A stretch of 64,000 nt of DNA from a virus. The stretch is from positions 4,219 to 68,218 of the IMG/VR virus record IMGVR_UViG_3300028133_000003, one strand, 5' to 3'. The notes beneath the pieces are model-generated. The model saw only the letters and a list, made by a program, of their open reading frames with translations. It was not told where the DNA came from and ran no database searches. Below are positions 31,001-40,030 of this stretch, in pieces. The stretch's first letter is position 1. Each line of letters starts with the position of its first letter. A program made the translations under genes and the position numbers.

Positions 31001-31327
31001 TGTATTAAAATCCATATTAAACTGAAATAATAAAATCTCAGTAGGATCTGATGTCTCCCATTCAGCAATCCAATTACATACTCCGTTTGTAGATCCAGTA
31101 GTACCTGTTGAAACTTCAAGGCCATGAGGAAACCCAAACTGTTTTAAATTATTATTTTTATTTACAAACTCTTCAAGTATAAAAAGTTGACCTACTTCAA
31201 ATAAACCTATAGACACTTTAGGCAAGTACATAGTTCCTGACCATGAATCCGTTGATGAATCATAATCAAAATTAAGATACTTTCCGTTCTTATCAAAGAA
31301 ATTTAAATATTTCCAGTTATTAATCAT
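28043..31327 (-). CDS. Putative baseplate wedge protein (gp7-like position) with PKD/Ig-like segments
   Basis: Follows the gp6-like gene; GSYKALVNAIKFFGY; GTYSVEMKLYD and PGKYEITLELTD Ig/PKD motifs. Confidence 0.5.
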   Translation of the reverse strand: MINNWKYLNFFDKNGKYLNFDYDSSTDSWSGTMYLPKVSIGLFEVGQLFILEEFVNKNNNLKQFGFPHGLEVSTGTTGSTNGVCNWIAEWETSDPTEILLFQFNMDFNTGTQSALVQEDDGPDLEILTELDIALDSDPSETVDPLGYTVTDKIRSEALQINLAIRSEVENTFKRTLLIKDDCTDKVIARILVWGETLGEDERLRVMTQNMGYNILESDSSVFRDTNIKELLPNFAEVNIKRKEIMLEGSNIYPWIGSYKALVNAIKFFGYDTLKVREFWKNVDANSPQFGKYIQSNNIDVFDPTVQLNDKKITLPNKKFRKTSLFSLIYRINNIEPDKFDSEDLPITTENYDFTIEEILIKLFGLKKKLENEFLPLNAHIKDITGEADFFGLLEVVNTLSRNDKKEITAGIDASFKLSTDDCIYMEDLRSFTSFCIASEAIVDEAVINFCNAYIAPLSSANAIGRNLIPGPISASTIFPPSPIGPDLNGPFGYPYDGSNVTIAGLSDAFLAYFTRYAPNQNKVGAWPDGESSYYLPDKPGIPVGAMTVLENTSFSNVTWNNIDSTWNQLDDANKFFSFDIDPQGVNPGDIFSITDPISNTGATYTALVGDTDIEVRDALYNQLIALKTSFTDPWLFWDITKETVVTGAVIRLFGQNVDRLVVGCESVVNSQLLFNQLPGETLFTWGAIERGNFDEIEWTVYKDATDISPAYFKVFRGPISQYNKLPIILPYVGTYSVEMKLYDLFNNISSNVKTNFICVDSREVEYSGWYQARKENYTWSSEGKFKWKDYGSLWNLPIEPVMTWDEETPSLYESLDRVNAILNNFGLGASPDFQLLNYQDDGKASFSGPYRWDNLDVGGWNDTYHLWWDMTSTTGDTPAFFQFKEVAPDTYLKIIDENGITAEHYFDSTISTLADAAASLNVSTNRIINKYVYNVVYDATYNQKFIQAVCRYFGVHGDWKYIDIVYANGDRVCPSTGTGSPWPTSDDCPSLIYRKGLSKSSNATWNTAKFINNGKTLPKMTWLMFVYDKCKIPGKAEPRWIIKNTTNSNMADIYFESKYLTYLFKVPGKYEITLELTDTNGNKYKKGRNILVIK

Positions 31328-31328
31328 C

Positions 31329-31598
31329 TTAGTTTATTTTTTGATAATCTTTAGGTACCCCAAAGTTGTAATATATTCTAAGATACTTAACCTTATTAAT
31401 CCAAAATATCATTATAGGACCAAGATGATCTTCTATAAAGGCCCTAAGTCTTTCATTCCTAAACATATAATTAGAAAATGAATTTTTCATAAGGTTAGAA
31501 GCATAATCATTACCTTCATTCTTTAGTTCCCACCCTTCCTCGTAAGTAGCTTTATATACACTTGGCATTCCTTTTCTTCTTTCTGTAAACTTGTTCAT
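31329..31598 (-). CDS. Hypothetical protein (baseplate module)
   Basis: 89-aa ORF tightly packed between wedge genes. Confidence 0.55.
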   Translation of the reverse strand: MNKFTERRKGMPSVYKATYEEGWELKNEGNDYASNLMKNSFSNYMFRNERLRAFIEDHLGPIMIFWINKVKYLRIYYNFGVPKDYQKIN

Positions 31599-31599
31599 A

Positions 31600-33456
31600 T
31601 TACTTTCCCTTTATTGCTTTTAGTGCAGGATTATCTTGTAGTCTTCCTGTATTTGTACTTCTAGAATTACGTGATGTTGCAATAGTAGTTCCTCTAGTTC
31701 TCTTAAGATCATTAAACTTAGCTTGTTGAGTTTTATTGTAAAGATTATTAGGTATAGTTCCTTTGAAGAATATGTTAAGAGAACTTATACCTTGTTTATT
31801 AGGTATTTCTTCAAACTCGGTACCATTCCTATCTTCCCATCCACCTCTTATGATAGCTAAATCCTCAGGTCCAATAACTATATCACCAAAGCTATCTAAT
31901 CCTAACTGAGGATCTTCACCTTCTTTAATTTCTACCTTTTTAGTTTCAATCAATACTCTTTGATCTGTTATAGGATCTGTTCCATAAGTAGGTACTTCAT
32001 AAAAACCTTCTCTTATAGCTTTCTCGTTTTCTTCAGAGATAAAAAATACATTTACAGAATCTACACCATCAACATTTTCAATAATTGAAATTATATCTGA
32101 TCTAGGAATTCTATCTCTTCTATTTATATATGTAAAGTACGTACTTAATTGTTCTCTAACACTTGAATGAATTGCTTCTTTATCAAAACCTTCAACATAT
32201 CGTAGTATAATATTTAAAGCATATTTTTTAATTATAGGATCATTAATTCTAACCTCAGCTGTTATAATTTGCCTTCCACTTTTATTAAGTATTTCATAAA
32301 CCATTTCCTTTTCATCAGGATTTAAAGTAAACTCATCTTGTGGTACACTAAAGTAATCCTGGTCACTAGTTATTTTCTTAGCAACATCAGGTATTAAGAA
32401 AAGGTAAACTATATTATCATCATCTAAGTATTGGTCATCTTTAGTGTTATATGCATCTATAAAAGAAAAGTAATCATACTTACTTAAATAGTAAATGTAA
32501 TTATTAGGATTAGCTAAAACAAATGAATTACTTTGGTAAGGTGCAATTAATCTTGTAAACTGTGGATCTTCACTATCAGAACCGAACATAGGATTTCGTA
32601 CAATGTTTAATGATAGTACTTCATTAAGATCAACCTCATTACCTTGTGAGTCCGTTCCAGGATCTTTAAATTTAATATCTAAATTTTTGCCACCAATATT
32701 ACCAGCAGATCCTCTAGTCTTTACGTATGTTACTTTAATAATTGATCCTAATGCCGGTGGTTGGCCGAACTGATTATTACCAAAGAATATAGTTAACCCA
32801 CCATTAACACTAGTCTTAACCATGACAGCCTCTTCTCCATTATTCATATCATACAAGGAATTTGCATTCTTCCATAGCTTACCATCAACGTAGACATCCA
32901 CCATATATTGATCTGTTGGATCTTTTGTAGTTAAATTATAGCTTTGTAAAGGTTCTCCAGTTCCAGTAAATGTTTGATCTTCAATTTCTCCTTGTATTAA
33001 TTGAACATTAGAAAATGCCGTTGTGCTTTTTTCTAATCTTATATAATCACTATCAAACTTTATAAAATAACTTAAACTGTTTTGCCCTACTTCAAGAGCT
33101 ACATAATTTAGTATTTGTACAAAATCACCATCAACTGAAACAGCTGCAGAAGTGTTTAATCTTAATCCAATTATACCTTGTGCTGATATACCTCTAGTAG
33201 GATCATGGCCAGTTAATCTGGATAATCCATAAATAGATTCAATATTTCTAGCTCTACTAATGTTAAGTTCGGTGGCAACAGCTTCGATATAAAATAAAAT
33301 AAGTTCTCCTAAATTAGCAACCACGGTTAAAATTTGACCAAATGGAGATGCCGGTGTAAACACTTCACCTGCCTGATCATACTGTCGTTGTAAGTACTGA
33401 AATGCATCAAAGAATAACTCTGTTGCTTTTATTCTGGTTTTGCTAAAAAATGACAT
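31600..33456 (-). CDS. Baseplate wedge subunit (T4 gp6-like)
   Basis: ELNISRARNIESIYGLSRLTGHDP, IFFGNNQFGQPP, VTYVKTRGSAGN; follows a gp25-like gene. Confidence 0.8.
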   Translation of the reverse strand: MSFFSKTRIKATELFFDAFQYLQRQYDQAGEVFTPASPFGQILTVVANLGELILFYIEAVATELNISRARNIESIYGLSRLTGHDPTRGISAQGIIGLRLNTSAAVSVDGDFVQILNYVALEVGQNSLSYFIKFDSDYIRLEKSTTAFSNVQLIQGEIEDQTFTGTGEPLQSYNLTTKDPTDQYMVDVYVDGKLWKNANSLYDMNNGEEAVMVKTSVNGGLTIFFGNNQFGQPPALGSIIKVTYVKTRGSAGNIGGKNLDIKFKDPGTDSQGNEVDLNEVLSLNIVRNPMFGSDSEDPQFTRLIAPYQSNSFVLANPNNYIYYLSKYDYFSFIDAYNTKDDQYLDDDNIVYLFLIPDVAKKITSDQDYFSVPQDEFTLNPDEKEMVYEILNKSGRQIITAEVRINDPIIKKYALNIILRYVEGFDKEAIHSSVREQLSTYFTYINRRDRIPRSDIISIIENVDGVDSVNVFFISEENEKAIREGFYEVPTYGTDPITDQRVLIETKKVEIKEGEDPQLGLDSFGDIVIGPEDLAIIRGGWEDRNGTEFEEIPNKQGISSLNIFFKGTIPNNLYNKTQQAKFNDLKRTRGTTIATSRNSRSTNTGRLQDNPALKAIKGK

Positions 33457-33475
33457 TAACTATTTTATTTTTATT

Positions 33476-33841
33476 TTAAAATAAAGCCCCTATGACTCTT
33501 TCCTCATTTATGAAAATATCAACTAAACAACCGTTTCTTTCTACTGTGCTGTAAAATTGTACTCTCGTATCAACACCAAAAGCATTACTACTGCTGTTTA
33601 AACAATATGATTGAATCTGACTTGTAATTCTCTGTGCAATAACAGATTCATTTAAAACTAAAGAAAAGACAAGATCATCTAAGTTACATCCAATATTTGG
33701 AGCCCCTAGTACCTCACCTTGTCTAGTGAATAAACAATTTTCTATTTTAAGGATAAGTTGTTGCAACTGATCTGTTACTTCAATTACATCATCATTGTAC
33801 TTAGGTGCTTCTATGTCTCTACTGTATATTTCCTTTATCAT
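33476..33841 (-). CDS. Baseplate wedge subunit (gp25-like)
   Basis: IENCLFTRQGEVLGAPNIGCNL, the gp25/GPW family pattern. Confidence 0.8.
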   Translation of the reverse strand: MIKEIYSRDIEAPKYNDDVIEVTDQLQQLILKIENCLFTRQGEVLGAPNIGCNLDDLVFSLVLNESVIAQRITSQIQSYCLNSSSNAFGVDTRVQFYSTVERNGCLVDIFINEERVIGALF

Positions 33842-33898
33842 TGAGAATATTCTTTTATTATATATTCTCTACATTTTTTGTGGGTCTTAGATTATATT

Positions 33899-34765
33899 TT
33901 ATCCAGTGAAAAAGTAATCAACACCTTCATCTCCTTTTATTTCTTCCACTATGGCATCAACTTCCTCTCTACCTTCACCAGAGATTAAATCGTAATTAAT
34001 AGTAATATTACCTGGTAAGTTAAACTGAAATGTACCTACTATTCTAGCTAATTGAATTTTAGCCATACCGCAACAATATCTAATGAATGCTTCATCTTGA
34101 AAAAGATCACAGTCAGGTATAGTATTATAAACTTGGAAAATACATGCTCCATTTTTTGGTAGCTCACCCATAAATCTAAACTTCTTAGTTAACCTATTAT
34201 AGTTATATGATATTTGAGCCTGTAGAGCTTGCCTTGCATTATCAATAAACTTAGAATTAATTACATAATACATAAGCTCTTCAGAACCAATACCTGCACC
34301 ATATACATCAGAGTAAATAAATTTGTCTAATGAAAAATCAGGATCACCTGCTGAAAATGAATTATCGCCAAATCCACCATCTTCGCCAGAAAAACCATTT
34401 ATTTGAAATACATTATTAACTGCGTAAACCGTTGGGGGCATTTTTACAACCCCTCTAGGATTATTAACATCCTTCTCTGTTAATACATTAGGATTAGCTC
34501 CCGATGTTGAGCTATGGCTTATACCTTGTTTAAAGTCGTTTTCTTGCCAAGCAGATCTAGGTAATGCAATAAACATTTCCTCAACACTATCTTCATATAT
34601 TTTATAAAAGTAATCTTTTGCCCTACTAATAATATGAGCAAGTTCTTTCTTAGGTACTGTAAAAGGTATTTGGCAACCTACTGTGAGGTCATCATTTATC
34701 TCTTTAATAAGAGCATCCAAACATTCTTGGTTATCTGGGTTACACCAACTTTTATTCCTAGCCAT
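33899..34765 (-). CDS. Neck protein (T4 gp13-like)
   Basis: C-terminus FIRYCCGMAKIQLARI...LPGNITINYDLISGEGREE..FFTG parallels gp13. Confidence 0.75.
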   Translation of the reverse strand: MARNKSWCNPDNQECLDALIKEINDDLTVGCQIPFTVPKKELAHIISRAKDYFYKIYEDSVEEMFIALPRSAWQENDFKQGISHSSTSGANPNVLTEKDVNNPRGVVKMPPTVYAVNNVFQINGFSGEDGGFGDNSFSAGDPDFSLDKFIYSDVYGAGIGSEELMYYVINSKFIDNARQALQAQISYNYNRLTKKFRFMGELPKNGACIFQVYNTIPDCDLFQDEAFIRYCCGMAKIQLARIVGTFQFNLPGNITINYDLISGEGREEVDAIVEEIKGDEGVDYFFTG

Positions 34766-34769
34766 ATCT

Positions 34770-36068
34770 TTACTTAATTTTTTCTATTTCTATTACTTCA
34801 GTTTTATCGCCAAACTTAGCAAGAGGTGTTGCTCTACCTTGTCTAAATATACCTCCAATCATCTCACCACTAAATACACCTCTTTTACCAAATACATAAC
34901 TGTCTTCACAAATTACATTTTTGCTAACATATGATTCTTCTATTTTACAATCTTCTACTACGGTAGCACCAAATAAGTTAGATTCAAATACTGATGCATT
35001 CTTAAGGTCACATCCAAAGATATCACAATTAACTATATTTCCTTGAATAACTGAATCAACAATATCAACACCGCTTATTTCAAAACATCTCATTAGTTTA
35101 GCATCTTTAATTTGTATTCTTCCGGTATCACTATCATAATTAATTAAACCTTCATTCATATCAGCCCTAGTAATTAAATCAAAAATCTTTTCTCTAATTT
35201 TAGGGTAATACATTTCAACAATTTGATCATATGTTTTTAGATCAATCATTAAATGAACATTCGGAAATTTTTCTTTAAATGAAGAATAGGTTCGATAAGA
35301 TTCAACAACAGTTTTATGTTTTTCTAAAATCTTATCTAAAACTTTTAAGTCAGATTCATTGTATTGTGGATTAACCAAAGTTTCATACAATGAAGTAATA
35401 AAATGTTCGGTCATTGAAAGTATTGTAGAATACCTCTTTTCATAATCGGCACCACCAAGATACCTAAATTCAATATAACCTTTTTGTAACTTTTCAAAAT
35501 TAATGCCATAATACTTCTCTTTGACAAACATATAGTTTTTCCAAAGATTTTTTTCCGGGGAAGGTTGAGTCATACCACTTAAAGGTACAATAAACTTTAT
35601 AGATTTTGCATAAACAGAATCTCTTCTATTTGGAAAGGCTTCATATACTTTGTTTTCATCAAAGTTAAGTACAAATTTACCTACATCTAATTTAGACATA
35701 TTAACAATAGGTCCTAGTTTCTTTCCATCAAATGCAATGTTAACATGAATCGAGCATCTTTCATTAGTCTTACCGTTTTCTCTAATCCATTTTAATGTTT
35801 TAGCCATAACCAACTTAGCCTCAACAAAAGGTAGTGGGCCGGTTACTAGCTCAATCATTCCAGTACCACCAGAGTTATCCGGTTCTAGTTTAAAAATATC
35901 TTGAGTAGGAGTAAAATCGCTATGCGCCTTTTCCTCTACTCTAATTGTCTTGTTTAAAGTTTGTGCTAAGTTATCTTTAGTAGCATCAAGGTTTTCGTTT
36001 GAAAAGAATTCAAACTCAAAACCTATCTTTGAAGAATGTATAGCATTTAATTGTTCGTTAGAATACAT
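34770..36068 (-). CDS. Putative amidoligase (COOH-NH2 ligase, Amidoligase_2-like) with C-terminal beta-helix
   Basis: IGFEFEF, IELVTGPL, TNERCSIHVNI, KYYGINF, YIEFRYLGG. Confidence 0.75.
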   Translation of the reverse strand: MYSNEQLNAIHSSKIGFEFEFFSNENLDATKDNLAQTLNKTIRVEEKAHSDFTPTQDIFKLEPDNSGGTGMIELVTGPLPFVEAKLVMAKTLKWIRENGKTNERCSIHVNIAFDGKKLGPIVNMSKLDVGKFVLNFDENKVYEAFPNRRDSVYAKSIKFIVPLSGMTQPSPEKNLWKNYMFVKEKYYGINFEKLQKGYIEFRYLGGADYEKRYSTILSMTEHFITSLYETLVNPQYNESDLKVLDKILEKHKTVVESYRTYSSFKEKFPNVHLMIDLKTYDQIVEMYYPKIREKIFDLITRADMNEGLINYDSDTGRIQIKDAKLMRCFEISGVDIVDSVIQGNIVNCDIFGCDLKNASVFESNLFGATVVEDCKIEESYVSKNVICEDSYVFGKRGVFSGEMIGGIFRQGRATPLAKFGDKTEVIEIEKIK

Positions 36069-36110
36069 AGTTATCCTGATTTGTTTATATATTCCAAACC
36101 AGGATAGAGG

Positions 36111-37283
36111 TTATACTAAGTTCATAGTAATCTTGCGATCACTAACATTTACACTTCCAATTTTAATATTAACAATATCACCTTTGGTAAGCTCTGTATT
36201 TTTTAACTTTGTTTTATGAATAAGACCACTTATGCCTTTTTCTAATTCTACGAATGCACCATACTTAGTTACTTTTGTAACTTTACCTTCTGTAACCATC
36301 ATAGGTTTATATTTATCATCAGCACCATCCCATAAGTCAATCTTAGGACCTTCTTGGCTTAGGATAATTTTTCTATCTGATATGATTTCCTTTGTCCAGA
36401 AATTAATTTCATCTCCTGGTTTAATATTTCTATTATCAAATTCTTTTAATGTAGATTCATCTAATTCATTTTTAGGAATAAGACCAGTTAGAGATTCATT
36501 AAACTCAGCAAATATTCCAAACTTAGTTGTACCTGTTACAAACCCAGTGATATGTTCTTTAATATTTTCTCTAAGATTTTCTACTGCAGTAGGAATCATG
36601 GTTCTTAAATATTCTCTATGAGATACTACAATAGTTTGTTTTTCATTTGAATATGTAATAGGCATTACGATTAATTCTTTACCTACTATAGCTTCAAAAT
36701 TATGTAATTTATTTAGTCCTCCTAATGAACCTGGCATAAAGCATTGTACTCCACCAACTTCAACCCAATAACCGCCATGTATAAGTTCTTTTACTTTACC
36801 TTTAAATCCAATTCCTTTATCACCTATGGCATTGTAAATTTCATTACGCTTAACTTCATCCATTGCATCACTTATAGAAGCATAAAGAGTACCTTGTTTA
36901 TAACTCTTAACCTTTATATCAACAGACATTCCTACTTCTAATTGATCAACAATTTCTTTAGGTTCTTTTTCTAAATTACAAACTGCCGTATTCTTTTTTG
37001 AAATATCAACTAATGCTTCTATCTTAACTTCGATATCTTCACCGTCAACATTTCGTATTTCTTTTTTGATATATGCTATCTCGCCTTCAGTAATATAATT
37101 TGTACTTTCTTCAGATTTCTGTACCTTCTCAGCTTCTTCATCTGCCATATCATATAAAGCCATTGCTTCGGCTGCATACATTTCGGTGCTCATTAACTTA
37201 GTTCCTTTAGGTACTTTAACTTTAACTACTTTAGTGTCAAATGGATCATCACTTAATTGGATTGTGATTTCTTGTTCTGTCAT
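36111..37283 (-). CDS. rpsA: Ribosomal protein bS1-like (about 4 S1 domains)
   Basis: GKVKELIHGGYWVEVGGVQCFMPGS, IVVSHR, GFVTGTTKFGIFAEF..GLIP, GKVTKVTKYGAFVELEKGISGLIH. Confidence 0.85.
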   Translation of the reverse strand: MTEQEITIQLSDDPFDTKVVKVKVPKGTKLMSTEMYAAEAMALYDMADEEAEKVQKSEESTNYITEGEIAYIKKEIRNVDGEDIEVKIEALVDISKKNTAVCNLEKEPKEIVDQLEVGMSVDIKVKSYKQGTLYASISDAMDEVKRNEIYNAIGDKGIGFKGKVKELIHGGYWVEVGGVQCFMPGSLGGLNKLHNFEAIVGKELIVMPITYSNEKQTIVVSHREYLRTMIPTAVENLRENIKEHITGFVTGTTKFGIFAEFNESLTGLIPKNELDESTLKEFDNRNIKPGDEINFWTKEIISDRKIILSQEGPKIDLWDGADDKYKPMMVTEGKVTKVTKYGAFVELEKGISGLIHKTKLKNTELTKGDIVNIKIGSVNVSDRKITMNLV

Positions 37284-37371
37284 TATTTTTTTATTAAGAG
37301 TGTTATTATAGATTATATATTACTCGGTTTAGATTTAATTATTATACTTTTAAAAATGTAATAGTTTAAGA

Positions 37372-37650
37372 TTAGACTATAACTCCTGGACCAGTTGTGG
37401 CACCAGTTTGAGCAGCAGGGGAACCTGCGGTAGCAACAGGAATTCCAGGAACCACGGTTGCTGATTGAATATATGTAGTAATTGCCGGTCCAGCAACAGC
37501 AGCAAACGCAGCTGCACCTGCGGCAATCACAGTACCTTTATCATTTTGTTGAGTTCCTTCCGCTCCGGTAGAATATGAAGCCATGGCTTCCATCCCTGCG
37601 ACGAATGCAGCATCCATAGCTGCGGTAATTACTGGTGGTACTAAAGGCAT
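37372..37650 (-). CDS. Putative spike-tip protein (PAAR-like position)
   Basis: Small Ala/Gly/Thr-rich protein with GSPAAQTG, directly after the gp5-like gene. Confidence 0.45.
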   Translation of the reverse strand: MPLVPPVITAAMDAAFVAGMEAMASYSTGAEGTQQNDKGTVIAAGAAAFAAVAGPAITTYIQSATVVPGIPVATAGSPAAQTGATTGPGVIV

Positions 37651-37680
37651 AATTTATTGTTTTAATTTATAATTTATATA

Positions 37681-38595
37681 TCAGTCAGTTGTATTCTTAG
37701 CACTTAGTGCTGGTGCGGTAACTTTATTAGGCGGACTAGTAGGAGCACCTAAATTACCAATATGATAATGTGAATCAAATATTCCTGCAAAAGTATCTCC
37801 CTTTATAACGGCCTCGGCTGCTGCCTCACCTAATTTAATTCTTGGGGAGTTAATATGTGTTTCACCTGTTGCAGTTACCACTGCGTTAACACAATTAATA
37901 AGAGTATCTGTTGTAGCATTAATTACGGTATCAGCTCCACTATTAATTGTAAACTGAGCAGAATGAGTAAAGGTTATATTTCCATCATTAAGCATTACCA
38001 TAGAATCTCCATTAGCATTAATTATATGAACCGAGTTATCAGGTTTTACGTTAATTGTAGTTGGTCCTTCTGTAGTGGTATAATCCATCATCAGACCTTT
38101 TTCTTCTGTAAAGAAAACTTTAATATGCTCACCTTCTCTTTCGTTAGTAACCGCAGGATCTCCAGATTGTAAATCACCAGTTAGACCAAATGCCGTATCA
38201 TATATTAGTACATGTGAATTAGGGTAAGCGGCCTCTACCTCTGCCTTAGTCTCATCAGAAGGGTATAGTGACTCATGATATACTGGAGCATAATAATTAC
38301 CGTTATCAAAACTTACTCTTAATACAGTGCCTATTTTAGGGAATGAGAATGTTCCACTTCCTGTGTTACTTCCACCGGACGAAGCCACTGATGGTCTTGC
38401 CCAAGGTAATGATTCAGTTGGCATAATGTAAGCACTTGCCGGATCTTCAGGATCTGTTCTTTGATCCATCTTACCAAAGACCCTAACTTTACACCGTCCT
38501 TCAAAAATATCATCTGCATTATCTTCAACGATACCTATCCATTGCGTACCTTGTAAGTTATCATCCTTTAAATCTTTTGTTGTTAATTTTCCCAT
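37681..38595 (-). CDS. Baseplate central spike (gp5/VgrG-like OB fold plus beta-helix)
   Basis: WIGIVEDN.D...GRCKVRVFG, LPWARP, PKIGTVLRVSFDNGN, C-terminal FDSHYH. Confidence 0.85.
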   Translation of the reverse strand: MGKLTTKDLKDDNLQGTQWIGIVEDNADDIFEGRCKVRVFGKMDQRTDPEDPASAYIMPTESLPWARPSVASSGGSNTGSGTFSFPKIGTVLRVSFDNGNYYAPVYHESLYPSDETKAEVEAAYPNSHVLIYDTAFGLTGDLQSGDPAVTNEREGEHIKVFFTEEKGLMMDYTTTEGPTTINVKPDNSVHIINANGDSMVMLNDGNITFTHSAQFTINSGADTVINATTDTLINCVNAVVTATGETHINSPRIKLGEAAAEAVIKGDTFAGIFDSHYHIGNLGAPTSPPNKVTAPALSAKNTTD

Positions 38596-38600
38596 TATTA

Positions 38601-40007
38601 TTATTGATCAAAAATGTTAGTACTTGTGAATCCTCCACCTGGGCCTGATGGCCCACTACCAAATATATTTTCTGCACCGCTTAAGTCATCTCCGCTAGCA
38701 GAAGGTATCTGGCCAGAGAAAATGTTATCATCTATCGATTGATTTATACCTTGGGCAGCTTGCCCAGTTAATGCTTGTATAGCCGCACCGTTTAAAGATT
38801 GAATTAAAGATTGTGGATTGCTAATTGCACCAATCAATTGATTTCTTAAACCAAATACATTTCCAAATGCTAAGCCTTGTGTAAATGCATTAATTCTACT
38901 CTGGGCAAAATTAGTAGCTCCTTTTATAAGATTATCCTTAAGGCCAGTTAACTTACCTTCTATCTGATCCATTATTTGGTCTTTATCCCAAACCTTATTC
39001 TGTAAATTAAGTTTACCATTAATACCACTCGGTTGTAATCTACCCGTGTCTTTTAATGTAGAGTCATATCCTGCAAACTGAGACTCCATCTCTATTGCCC
39101 CATATCCCCATTTCATAGATGATATTGCAAATTCAGTACCACCTCCACTAACATTTGTTACCGATTTAAACACTTCACTGGACGCAGTAGGATCAAACGT
39201 ACAATCACTGAATCTAAAAGTTAATCTAGAAGTATTATTATTTACAAATTTTGTTAAATCATTTTCTGGTGAATTAGCATTCCCTGCAGTTGCAGCCTTT
39301 CTTACACTATGAAATTTTCTAATTTCTAATACATCAATATCAACATTAAAAAATCTCAAATTAGACGGTAAAATATTTCTTCTGTATTTTACATCGTAAC
39401 AGGCCATTTTATATAAGTTAAATAATGCAGTCATTTTTAAATCTATAGCTTCTAATAAACCTATAACAATACCTTCACCTTCAGCTGAGCCTGCAAAAGG
39501 ATCTGTCATATCCATTGTTTTATTATATGCCTCAATCAAGCCTTCAATTGTCTGAAAGTAATAAGGCCTTTCACGCTGAACTTGTAAAATCCCTTGGCAA
39601 AACGCTCTTAAGTAATTAGCTCGCGTAACTTCACCTATCGTTTCTAAATAACCAACTGCAGTTTCACCAGCAGGATGAGAGCTCACGCTATTAGATAGCT
39701 CAGTTTGATCTTCCGCGTTATTACCAGGTGATGGTGCTATAGCACCACCAGTATCGCCAACGGTAGCTCCATTAAATAGTGGGCTCATTATATCAAATCT
39801 AATATTAAATCCTAAATAAGTAGGGTCATCTAATGTAGTAACACCATTACTTCCACCGGATGAATTAGTAGAAGGTGTAACAAATGTTTTTGCAAAATCA
39901 TATGCAGTCGGAAACTGTCCTGTTAAATTACCTAACTTATCTGCACTCAAATAATTAAGAGGTGTACCTGCTGGATCAAGAGGATTATATAATTCAATTT
40001 TAGGCAT
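38601..40007 (-). CDS. Putative tail-tube initiator/baseplate protein (gp48/gp54-like)
   Basis: Position between hub and spike; GAATAAATA box at 40021..40029. The family call is tentative. Confidence 0.4.
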   Translation of the reverse strand: MPKIELYNPLDPAGTPLNYLSADKLGNLTGQFPTAYDFAKTFVTPSTNSSGGSNGVTTLDDPTYLGFNIRFDIMSPLFNGATVGDTGGAIAPSPGNNAEDQTELSNSVSSHPAGETAVGYLETIGEVTRANYLRAFCQGILQVQRERPYYFQTIEGLIEAYNKTMDMTDPFAGSAEGEGIVIGLLEAIDLKMTALFNLYKMACYDVKYRRNILPSNLRFFNVDIDVLEIRKFHSVRKAATAGNANSPENDLTKFVNNNTSRLTFRFSDCTFDPTASSEVFKSVTNVSGGGTEFAISSMKWGYGAIEMESQFAGYDSTLKDTGRLQPSGINGKLNLQNKVWDKDQIMDQIEGKLTGLKDNLIKGATNFAQSRINAFTQGLAFGNVFGLRNQLIGAISNPQSLIQSLNGAAIQALTGQAAQGINQSIDDNIFSGQIPSASGDDLSGAENIFGSGPSGPGGGFTSTNIFDQ

Positions 40008-40030
40008 ATAGAATTTATTTTATTTATTCA

